Shown piece after piece: positions 13,235-24,042 of a stretch of 64,000 bases of DNA. The DNA is from Octopus bimaculoides (lineage: Eukaryota): contig NC_068981.1 in NCBI RefSeq assembly GCF_001194135.2, forward strand, positions 199,435,774 through 199,499,773, read 5' to 3'. Both the position numbers and the translations under genes were made by a program. Each line of letters starts with the position of its first letter. Positions within the stretch are counted from its first letter, which is position 1. The notes under the pieces were generated by a model. It ran no database searches and was not told the DNA's origin. It worked only from the letters and a program-made list of their open reading frames with translations.

Positions 13235-13400
13235 TACATTATTTACATTTAACGGATATTTGTCCTCATCTTGTTTGTGGTTAACACAACGTTTCGGCTG
13301 ATATACCCTCCAGCCTTCATCAGGTGTCTTGGGGAAATTTTGAACCTGGGTTCTCATTCCTAACGATGTTACTATTATTATTATTATTACTATTATTAAT
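13235..13400 (-). mobile_element. Penelope-type terminal fragment carrying a hammerhead motif
   Basis: Near-identical to 63735-63950; both adjoin a (TAT)n tract. Confidence 0.7.
13283..13328 (-). ncRNA. Minimal type-I hammerhead ribozyme motif
   Basis: GACAC-CUGAUGA-A-GGCUG(loop)CAGCC-GAAAC-GUU-GUGUU: stem I 5 bp, stem II 5 bp, palindromic AACGUU stem III. Confidence 0.72.
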
Positions 13401-13902
13401 CAGGTCGCTGCCATGAATCGAACTCATTAAGCACTCAGCCCAATGTTCTAATGATTCTGCCAGCTCACTGCTTTATACAAGAGCAAAAGTTGCAAGGCAT
13501 CCAGTCCACCATTCTTACAGTTCTACCAATGAAGCATCTCACCTCTTTGTTTTCTTTTTTCATCAATCCTGAAACCATGGAAGATAAAATTGACTCCAGT
13601 AGGACTTGAAATCAGAGAACTGAGTCACAACTAATACTACGAGGCATTCTATCCAATGTTCTAATGCCTCTATTCATTTGGTGCCAAGATGGACATATAC
13701 ACTCTCAAAAGAGGAAGTAGTTATAAAGGAACATGTAAATTACTGCAAAGCTAGCCACTAATAGTACATGTCTTCATGCATACATCTTGTCCAACCCATG
13801 CCAGCATGGAAGATGGACTTTAAAGAACGATGATAACAATGATGACAATGACGATGACGACGATGATGACGAGGAGGAGGAGGAGGAGGAGGAGGAGGAG
13901 GA

Positions 13903-14196
13903 NNNNNNNNNNNNNNNNNNNNNNNNNNNNNNNNNNNNNNNNNNNNNNNNNNNNNNNNNNNNNNNNNNNNNNNNNNNNNNNNNNNNNNNNNNNNNNNNNN
14001 NNNNNNNNNNNNNNNNNNNNNNNNNNNNNNNNNNNNNNNNNNNNNNNNNNNNNNNNNNNNNNNNNNNNNNNNNNNNNNNNNNNNNNNNNNNNNNNNNNNN
14101 NNNNNNNNNNNNNNNNNNNNNNNNNNNNNNNNNNNNNNNNNNNNNNNNNNNNNNNNNNNNNNNNNNNNNNNNNNNNNNNNNNNNNNNNNNNNNNNA
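13903..14196. other. Assembly gap (N run)
   Basis: Run of N. Confidence 1.
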
Positions 14197-14212
14197 CTTT
14201 CTTCTGACATAC

Positions 14213-14538
14213 CTTCCCTTGGTGGATTAGGATCCAGTTAGCTCAAAACATCATCAGGAGGAACCACGTCCGGTTTCGGCCCCTACTCCTCTACCGTTTT
14301 GACGTGGCAGGGCCCCTCCTTTCGGAGGTGTCTTCAGCTCTGGTGTTGGGTGCATGTCTTCTTCTATTCCCTGGCCTCTTCGATGCAGCATCAACGAGTG
14401 TCAGCGTCCGACTGATTGTCATGTCAAGTTCCCCTTTTTATATCTGCTGCTAGGCTCCAGCAGGCAGCCCCAGCTAGTTGTCACGTGACACTGTCTAAAT
14501 TTCCCGCTGCTAGGGTCCAGTAGGCAGCACCAGCAAGT
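14213..14538 (-). promoter_or_regulatory. Candidate Pol II promoter with first exon (probably a retroelement terminal repeat)
   Basis: 33-bp direct repeats (14446-14478, 14506-14538) flank TGTCACGTGACA; TATAAAAA at 14442-14435; TCAGTC Inr with A at 14413; donor AAG|GTATGT at 14212. Confidence 0.5.
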
Positions 14539-15191
14539 ATTTCCTTTCAATGCTTTGAAATTTATGAGAAAATTCAAAACTGATGGTCTGTTCTTCTTTA
14601 TCTTTAGAAGCATTTCTCTCAAGACAATATTCTTTGCATTTAAATATTTTTTTCTCATTCTTTTCACGGAATAACAATATTGAGTAATCCTGTTTGCTAT
14701 AAAAAAAACAAAAACTAGCCTCGACCATTAGCTCCATGGTCCTCAAACTGAAATTGCTCCACACATTTCAGATTTTGATTAATGCTTCTTATAACCTTAT
14801 CCCTTTTATTGCCTTTCCTACTCTAATAACCCCTATTTACATATTAACTTTTCCTTTTTAATACGTTTTCTGCTGCAGTTCCTCTCTCCAACGTTTTCTT
14901 GCACAATCTGGCAAACAATATTAACATGATATAAAATAGAATTTAGTTTAATACTAAACCTAGTTGAGGTATTATATTGAAATAAATCAAGATCATCACG
15001 TTTTGTAAGACTGAGCAGTTATTGGCTTCAACCAGCATTTATTGGCACCTTCCAGACTTCTTCAAGTTAGAGACTATAGCTGAGGATATGGACTCTTTTT
15101 TAGGTGCCACTGAGAGTGTTAATAACAATGTTGAGAGTATTCCTTTGCAAACTATTAAATTCAGAAGACCTTAATAGAACAATGACCCTCC

Positions 15192-15414
15192 CCTAGCAGA
15201 ATCGTTAGCACACCGGGCAAAATGCTTAGTGGTATTTCGTCTGCCGCTACATTCTGAGTTCAGATTCCACCAAGGTCGACTTAGCTTTTCATCCTTTCGG
15301 GGTCGATTAAATAAGTACCAGTTATGCACTGGGGTCGATGTAATCGACTTAATCCCTTTGTCTGTCCTTGTTTGTCCCCTCTATGTTTAACCCCTTGTGG
15401 GCAATAACACAATA
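15192..15414 (+). mobile_element. tRNA-derived SINE with Deu/Nin-like central domain and 11-bp TSD
   Basis: B-box-like gagttcagattcc; ggtcgacttagcttttcatcctttcggggtcgattaaataagtaccag; TSD aatgaccctcc at 15181-15191 and 15415-15425. Confidence 0.85.
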
Positions 15415-15504
15415 AATGACCCTCCTCTCACCTAAAATCAATAAGATATAATGTCTGTATGTCATCATGTTTGATATGGGTAACAAAAGAAAGAAAATCA
15501 AATG

Positions 15505-15856
15505 CTTCTCAACCACATGGTTCTGGGTTCAGTCCCACTCTGTGGCACCTTGGGCAAATGTCTTCTACTATAGTCTGAGGCTGACCAAAGCCTGGGGAGT
15601 GGATTTGGTAGACGGAAACTGAAAGAAGCCTGTCATATTCTTTTATTCTTCTATTCTTTTACTTGTTGCAATCATTTGAGTGCAGCCATGCTGGAGCTCT
15701 GCCTTTAGTCAAACAAATTGACCCCAGGGATTATTATTTGTAAGCCTAGTACTTATTCTTTCAGTCTCTTTTGCCGAACCACTAAGTTACAGGGACGTAA
15801 GCACACCAACATTGGTTGTCAAGTGATGGTGGAGGGACAAACACACATGCACACAT

Positions 15857-15909
<53 letters not shown>

Positions 15910-16340
15910 TACACACACATATACATACACATACATACAACAGGCTTCTTTCAGTTTCCGTCAACTAAATCCACTCACAAGGCTTTAGTCAGCCAGAGGC
16001 TATAGTAGAAGACACTTGCCCAAGGTGCTACACAGTGAGACTGGACCTGGAACCATGTGGTTGGGAGGTGAGCTTCTTACCACACAGCCATGCCTGCATA
16101 TATGTATGTATTTATGTGTGTGTGTGTGTGTGTGTTTATCCCCCCACCACCACTTGACAACCGATGTTGGTGTGTTTACGTCCCTGTAACTTAGCAGTTC
16201 AGCAAAAGAGCTCAATAGAATAAGTACCAGGCTTACAAAGGATAAGTTCTGGGGTTGACTACTTTGACTAAAACCCTTTAAGGCAGTGGTGCTCCAGCAT
16301 GGCTGCAGTCAAGTGACAGAAGCAAAGAAAAAGAGAGAGA
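15505..16340 (+). mobile_element. Composite CORE-type SINE split by an antisense copy of the same family (15639-16098)
   Basis: Order is 5' half (+), complete copy (-), 3' half (+). Confidence 0.85.
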
Positions 16341-16664
16341 AGAAACTGCTGAAGACAAGTGAAACCAAGGCAAAGACGTCTGGAACCTGTCTTTAAATTC
16401 GTTTTCCTTTCCAAATAATCTTTGTAAATAATGGAGATATTAAAATATTAGGCTTTAAGAATAAGGCATATTTCTTCATATTTGGTTGCAGCATGTCTTT
16501 TGGGTTAATGAAGTCAATATCATTTATGAAATTCCATTAATTCAAATCAAGGAAAATTATTTAAACAATCCCAAACAAGTTCTTTCTAAATTTTAATGAT
16601 GGTGCCCCAGTATGGCCACAGCCTTGGCTGAAACTGAAAAAAGAAAAGTGGAATAAAACATTTG

Positions 16665-16776
16665 TTCTGATGTGTGTGTATTCTGATGTGTGTGTATTCT
16701 GATGTGTGTGTATTCTGATGTGTGTGTATTCTGATGTGTGTGTATTCTGATGTGTGTGTATTCTGATGTGTGTGTA
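16665..16776. repeat. Perfect 16-bp tandem repeat x7 (TTCTGATGTGTGTGTA)
   Basis: Seven identical units. Confidence 0.97.
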
Positions 16777-18000
16777 TTTATGCTGAGTGTTGTCATATTA
16801 TGAATGTCTCGAGATGTTTAGTAGTGTCACAGTTATTTATGATATTACAGTGTCTCCACTAACTTAAAGTCTGTACTATGACATCAAAAAGCCAACAGAA
16901 GAATAATTATGGCTTAATTTATCTAACATGTGCTGAGTATTTCGTTGAAAGACTGACAGATGTATTACAGAGAGTTGATTGATGGAAGGAAGAGAAGAAG
17001 TTTGTAATTTTGAAAACCTCTGAACAGACAGACAATCAGACTGACGGACAGACAAGCAAACAGACAGACAGACAGACGGACGGATGGAAAGACAGACAAA
17101 TAGATATTTCACTTTAGATTTTAGTTCAAAGAGAAGGACTGATATCTCTTGAGGCAGCTTATGTCCAGCCTGAATTCGCATGGATTGATATTAGTGGGTA
17201 CAAATTGAGAAAGAAGGATATTTTAGAGGCTCATATTTCTTGAGAGAAAGATCCTTAATGTGTGACGTTCGAGGTGAGATGTGGCATTGACGGTGAGGGT
17301 AAGAAGAAAGCCAGGTAAAACAGGTTTGCTTCGCTAACAGTTGTACACAGCTTGTTGTTACTTTAAAAGGAAGAGGAGGGGCCATTGTAGAAGAGCTAGA
17401 CAAGATGAAGTGTAGAATGCAGGTTGTCCAAACATAGAAGTGGAAATAATGATGAATTAAGTCATCCATATTTATTCTGAGGAGGATTTTTTCTAATGTT
17501 TTTGTAAATATGGAGCCATTTGCAAATGAGTTTGATTGGTATCAAGAAAGGATCAGGAATCAAAGCCATTGTAGTGCTTGCTCTTCAAATAGAACTGTGC
17601 TAAAACAATGGCAAACCTTCTGGATTGCAAAGAAATGTCAATGCCACATTTTGTTGGAGTCCATTATGGTGCCTCCTTACATTGCTGTCAAATGATATTT
17701 TTGAATCCCTACCTTGAGTTTGAACTCTGAACACAAAGAACCAAGCAGAAACTGAGGGACATCATGACCGATGCTCTCACACTTCTACCAATCCTTGGAC
17801 TGGAATTTTATCTGTTGATGAAAGACAAACTTACTCTGGAAGGATTTGAACACAGAACATTGAGAACCCCAAACAAATACCACAAGGTATTTGTATGCAA
17901 AACTCTTAGCAATTCTCCCAATTTGTTACCCTAAGACACACAGACAAATGAAAGGAAAGTTTAGAAAAAAATAAAAGAAAGGTTTAGTTAAATGAGGAAT

Positions 18001-18072
18001 AGGATTAAGGGTGGGAGTGAGGATTAAGGGTGGGAGTGAAGATTAAGGGTGGGAGTGAGGATTAAGGGTGGG
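18001..18072 (+). repeat. 19-bp G-rich tandem repeat, ~3.8 copies (AGGATTAAGGGTGGGAGTG)
   Basis: Direct reading. Confidence 0.92.
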
Positions 18073-18089
18073 CGATAATATTCCACAAG

Positions 18090-18123
<34 letters not shown>

Positions 18124-18124
18124 G

Positions 18125-18328
18125 CACTGCATAACAAAAAAAGTTTTTGTTTTTGTAAGTTGTTTTAGTTTTTTCAACTGGTTTAGAACAATTTTACACC
18201 ACTGAATCCGAAAATGGCATCCGTTTCTCTCGATCAGGTCAGGTTTCTATGCTAAGCTGATTTTTAAAAAATCTGATCTTCTGACTAAATTGATTACATT
18301 TTCTGACGTTATTGGTTGATTTTTGTTA

Positions 18329-18386
<58 letters not shown>

Positions 18387-19806
18387 ATGTGGGATGCTTT
18401 GGATATTATTCATTAAATTGATTACATTTTTCTGACATTATCGGTTGATTTTTGTTAATATTTCTCTTCCAAAATAGGCATTTAAGATTTAAAAAATTGT
18501 TTTCTAACATAATTCATTAATTAAATGTTACAAACTTCGATTACTGTAAATTGAATAGTAGACACTGATAAAGATAAATACATGTAAATTAATGTTATGT
18601 TATCAGTGTTCAAAATTCAGGGCTTGAACTTGCGTTTATTCGAACCTCTAGAATGCTGAGTGGCAGGAATGTCTCTCTTCAGAATCTAACCATCATGACT
18701 GCATCCCAACATCCCTGATACCTCGTCTCCATCTCTTTCATGTCCTGATGGAATCTCTCACCCTGCTCGTTGCTCATTCATCCTAGATTCTCAGGAAACC
18801 GACCCACATGTGAGAACAGGTAATGTATTTTAATGCTCATGTTGCATCCGAGATTTCTGAAAGCAGTCAGCATATTGGTAACAAGTTCTGCATAGTTCCT
18901 TGCCTTGCTGTTGCCAAGAAAGTTCTTCACCACCAGAACAAAAGCCTTCCATGCTTCCAGTTCCACTTCGTTCATTGAATTTTCAAACTCAGGCTCTCTG
19001 ATGAGCTGACGGATTTGAGGACCATCAAAGATGCCAGCTTTCAACTTGTCAATGGTCAATCCAGGAAAAGCCTGGCACAAGTAAGTGAAGCAGCCACCAT
19101 CTTTGTCCAGAGCTTTGGTGAACTACTTGATCAAGCCTAGCTTGATGCGCATGGTGGGAAGAGTATTCTGTCTCTGTCCACCAGAAGGTTGTTTATGAGG
19201 TTCTTAGCTCTGCAAGGCACCAAATCCTCCCTCAAAGACCAGTCCTTCTTCTTGTAATGCTGAGCAGTGTCCCTACTATCCCACATGCAAAGAAAGCATG
19301 GGTACTTGGTGAACCCAGTCTGTTATCCCAACAAAAAATTCACCATCTTCAGGTCAACACAAATAAACCACTGATGCTGATCATAACGAATTTTCTCCAA
19401 CACATATTTCACCGCTTCACAATTCTCCTTTAGTGTAGTTGAGTGAATGAGAGGTACAGAGGCAAACTGGTTGCCGTTGTGCAGCAGAACGCATTTCAGC
19501 AATTGCTTGTTGCTGCCAATGAATAATCTCCAATCTTTGGGTTCATACTGTGGCACTCCAAGCTTGTGCAGAAGATGAGCAATGCCTGTGCAGTACACCA
19601 AGTCCTTCTCTTCAGTGAAAAAAACGGAAGTGCTCTTGATGCCTGTTGTGGTAGAAGGTGATGCGAGCATTGTCAGAGAGGAGGGATTTTTTCCCCTTCA
19701 ATCTGGATGCCAACAGTTTGGCAGAGGACTTAGACAATCCAAGATCACGAACTAGATCATTTAGCTCTTTTTTGGAAAAAGGATGTGGTGCATCATTGTC
19801 AAGAAC

Positions 19807-19838
<32 letters not shown>

Positions 19839-20500
19839 CTTCTTGGACATTGGAGGATTCTTCATCACTAGTGTCAGGAAGTTCTCCAAAGACAGGTACT
19901 GGAATTTCATCACTGTGAGCTACAGAACGATGTGCTGATTGAAGATGAAGATACTTGAGGCTGCTCAGGTTCTCTTTGTTGATCCCAGTCACATGAATAG
20001 CACAGAAATAGCAGTCAGTGCCATGGGTTGTCAGTTCCCTCCGAACCATGGGAATTCCAAACTTCAGACAACTCTTCTTGCCCTTGGCCCACTGATGCAG
20101 ATTCTCAGTGCACCCTAACCCTAACCCTGTGCGGTGCCCCAGCATTATCCTGGTCACCAAGTTTAATACCAAAATAAGAATGGTAGGCATGTTTTATGAA
20201 ACTTGTGACTGGATTCCCGTTAGGAACAATGGTGTATTCACTGCAGATGTAGCAGAATACGTTGGGCTTACATTTGCAAGATCTTCTGGTCGAAGCCATT
20301 TCATTCATGTGTAAAATGAAAATACCAGTTTGTCATAAATAGGCACAATGCAAACCCTTCTGAGTTCATTTATTCCAAGAAATAAAAAAGAATTTTGCAT
20401 CAAGAGTTCTACTGTGACATTTTGAAACATTTGAGGGAGGACATTCAGCAAAGCAACTGGATCTGTGGAACAGGAAGAGTTGAATTCTTCACAATGACAA
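18125..20500 (-). mobile_element. Chapaev3-type (CMC) DNA transposon; decayed transposase ~20308-18660; 5' end missing
   Basis: MASTRRSC..FCYIC, LGDQD, W..GK..FGIPMV.RE.T.H.TDCYFC, LFI...LKCVLLHNGN, DLKMVNFLLG, DGPQIRQL, NFLGN, HYLFSH, GERFHQD, RYQG; CACTG.ATAAC terminus at 18125. Superfamily assigned from memory of the family. Confidence 0.78.
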
Positions 20501-20510
20501 TACGCCCTCC

Positions 20511-20940
20511 TCAATAAAATGTAAGCACAACAGACCTGATATAATGATTTGGGATAGAGAAGAGAAACTGTGCACAGTTGTGGAAATTAGCTGCCCACCG
20601 GATGTTAACATAAAGCTGAAGATCAGTGAAAAAGAGAACACCTATGTGGAACTATTGAGAAATCTGCAGTTACTCTATCGAGATCACAAGTTCAGGTTTA
20701 TACGTGTAATTATTGGGGCCCTGGTGTATGTAACACACTGCCTAGATACTAATCTTGAGAAATTAGGTTTCTCAAAATCAGAAAGGAGAAAGCTAATTGG
20801 AAGACCACAGATCCAAACCATCACTGGAACTGTCATAATCTGTAAAACTTTTCAGGAGTTTATCATTTAAATATATATGAACATGTCTAGATATGTAAGT
20901 ATATGCATGAAAAGACACACATAAAACATACAAATCTGCA
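20511..20940 (+). mobile_element. R4/Dong-clade non-LTR retrotransposon 3' fragment (restriction-like endonuclease), followed by (CATA)n
   Basis: KHNRPDIMIWD..EK.CTVVEISCP.D.N..K..EKENTY..L..IIGAL matches the PD..D/ExK RLE motif; stop at 20870; short UTR; (CATA)n at 20941-21050. Confidence 0.82.
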
Positions 20941-21051
20941 CATACATACATACATACATACATACATACATACATACATACATACATGCATACATGCATA
21001 CATACATACATGCATGCATACATACATGCATACATACATACATGCATACAC

Positions 21052-21310
21052 ACATCATCATCATCATCATTTAATGTCCGTTTTCCCTGCTGACATGAGT
21101 TGGATGTTTTGACAGGAACTGGTAAGGCTAGGATCTGTACTTGGCCCCTTTGTCCGTATTGGCAGTTTTCTGTGGCTGGATGCCTTTCCTGGTGCCAATA
21201 ATCAACCACTTAACAGAATGGACTGTTTTTACATGGCACCAACACCAATACTTTTTGTGTGGCACCAGCACCCGTGCTTTTTATGTAGCACCAATACCAC
21301 CAGGGTCGCC
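21052..21310 (-). mobile_element. Diverged RTE-tailed retroposon 3' end
   Basis: (ATC)n, ttaatgtccgttttcc, ggatgcctttcct; shortened ttttatgtggcacca units. Confidence 0.7.
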
Positions 21311-21489
21311 AAGAACCCCTCAACTGTGATGGGGGAGTAGTATTGAGGGAGTATGGCTTTATGCAGTTGAGGGACAGATATAGGTGTCTTGTTGTAGATA
21401 CATGGATACCCCAGCTGGAAAACAAAGGAGAGTGAATTGGAGAGTAAGACAAAGAGGGTGATGACGGAGATGTGCTGAGTGGGTCTTCT

Positions 21490-21845
21490 TGAGTAGAACA
21501 ATGTGCCAGATATCTTGGCCCCTTCTTATCTCCTTTGTAAATGTCAGTGCTTTGAGATTGGCCTCCAATACTTCATGCTATATCTTTCTGTGTCTCGCTC
21601 TTCCACAACTTTCAGCCACTTTGAGTGACCAGCACTTCTTTATTCCCTTGTCCTCATCCCATGACCAAATCACCACTTCAGCCTCCTACCGTGCACACTA
21701 ATTCCTCTTATGCCCAACTTTTCTCTCAATACATTTGCACTCTGTTGCACATCCAGCAGAGCATACCACCTTCATTCTTCTCTTGTCTTCATATACCCTC
21801 TGCATTCAGGGTGCATGTCTTACTTCCAAGTAGCATTGCTATTTG
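21490..21845 (-). pseudogene. Old RTE ORF2 C-terminal remnant
   Basis: SCGRARHRKI*HEVLEANLKALTFTKEI..QDIW..VLLKKT is similar to the ORF2 ends at 30803-30961 and 52060-52192. Confidence 0.6.
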
Positions 21846-21913
21846 TACACATGCATCATTAGAGAGAAAAAGAGAGAGAAGAAGGGAGAGAGAGGAAGAA
21901 AGAGAGAGAGAGG

Positions 21914-21953
<40 letters not shown>

Positions 21954-23258
21954 TATATATATATATTTATATGTCTGTATACACATATTTTTCTCTGGTT
22001 TTTAGAAATGAATTTTTGATTCAAAAATATTTTTATAAATTTAAAATACAAAGAATTAAATTGAGAAAAAAGAAAACACAAACGAAAATTTGAATACAAG
22101 TTTTATGTACATCGAATATAATTCCAAGATATGTGCTTCATTTTATATCTCTTGACAGAAATACAAATATACCATTTTTCTAATATTCTGATGAATATAG
22201 TTTATGGTATTTAGGATGTTTTATGATATTTAGAATGATATTTAGAATGTTTTAAACAAAAGTAAGGTAGTGGCTATGATATTAGTATAATCTTGTAGGC
22301 TGATAGAAGGGGAAAATTTCTCTTATAAGAATTATCCAGATATTAAAGTATCATAAAAACTTGTTCTAGTATTTACAAGAAAGCGGATGCTGCTAAGAAC
22401 ACTCTAAATCAAGTGATGGTGTTAAACAAGATGCATTGAGTGTATAATTCTGAAAGAAGTAGAGTCTACACAATGGATGTGTTACTGTTCTGCCAACTTC
22501 ACTCACAAGGCTAGAAGGAACTTGTCCAAGGTGTCACACTATGATATCGAATCTGGAAACTTGTGATTGGATTCCAACTCCTTAACCATATATTAAAAAG
22601 GTTAAAAGATTTATCAGTAATAAATGACATCGTTGGTTCCACAGAATGACCGTTTGGGGAGAAACTGGAAACTATTCATTCAATGATAGAATTATTGCTA
22701 AGAGCAAAGAGTCTACATTCTCTCATTGAATCTTCTCTGGATCCAACAAAAGCCAAAACCTTGCTTGGTACAAATTTCTCAATCATATATTGTTTATTCA
22801 TATTTAATTGTGAATTTATCATTTTTAAATGTCTTCTACAGTCAAAACATTTGATTTTCTCTTAAAAATCTTAAGATCAGCCCACATCGGCAAAACTGAG
22901 GGCTAGAAGTGTTGTGTCCCACCCACACGTAACAACCTTTTCACACACTCTACCCCAAGAAACCAAACTACATCTCTTCTTTTAAACAGCATCTTTCTCT
23001 CCCTCACATTTTCTCTTCATAAACTATGATTGTCTTCCAATCCCCTTTCCTGCCCCCCCCCCACTGCTCTGTTCACTGCTTTCCCCCACTCCCCATTTTT
23101 CTACCCGGGTTGTCCCAATCCCCATTCCTTACTTGTGTCTGTGTGGGTTTATTATGACCTTCATACCCCTCTCTTCTTGACCATTCCATCTATGCTCTGA
23201 GTATACCCTGCCACTTCACCATCTCTCTCCTCAATCTCTCTTACACTTTTGCTGTTTC

Positions 23259-23292
<34 letters not shown>

Positions 23293-23711
23293 CTCTGGCT
23301 GAGTTGCCACCTATTTCTGCCCTCATTCTTGGTCTCTCTCTCTCTCTCTCCCTTGCTCTTCCCTCTGGCTGGGTTGCCATGTATCTCTTCTAGAGCAGCA
23401 CTCCTATTTCTGCCCTCATTCTTGATTACTCTCACCATCTCTTGTTTTTCCTCTGACCAGGTAACTAAGTGTCTCCTTTACATCAGCACACCTGTTTCTG
23501 TCCTCTATCTCGTACCCCTCTCTCTTCCGCTCACTCTCTTTCTTTCTCTCTCCCCTCTCTCTCTCTCTCTCACTCTCTCACTGGATAACCATGTACCTCC
23601 TCTATAGTAAGACACCTGTTTCTGCCTCTGTCTCTCTGTCCCCCTCTAACCTTTCACCCTCTGACACAAGTTCCCCTCCTCATATACCTCCTCCCCCCCC
23701 CTCTCATAATT

Positions 23712-24042
23712 CCTCATCTTGCGAGTTACATGTTGACCCTGTCAGTGCTGGTGCCACGTCAAAAGCATCCAGTCCACACTGTGACATGGTTAGCATTTGG
23801 AAGGGCAACCAGCTGTAAAAAATCATGTCAAAACTGACCCCACCTGTGCTAGTCCCACATAAAAAGCACTGAGCCCACTCTGCAGAGTGGTTGGTGTTGT
23901 GAAGGGCATCCAGCCATAAAACCCTGTGGAAACAGACACAGAAGCCTAAGGAAGTTTTTCTACTTGGCTGGCTCCTGTCATCTGTCCTACCCATGCCAGC
24001 ATGGAAAGCAGAAGTTAAACAATGATGATGATGATGATGATG
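23712..24042 (+). mobile_element. SINE-like copy with duplicated conserved domain
   Basis: tggtt.gc.tt.ggaagggca.ccagc..taaaa at ~23786 and ~23885; (GAT)n tail. Confidence 0.75.

Noticed and set aside
14240-14340. CUGAAGA, CUGAUGA and GAAA words in the minus-strand exon
   Set aside because: I could not assemble them into a type I, II or III hammerhead with paired stems; noted only as context.
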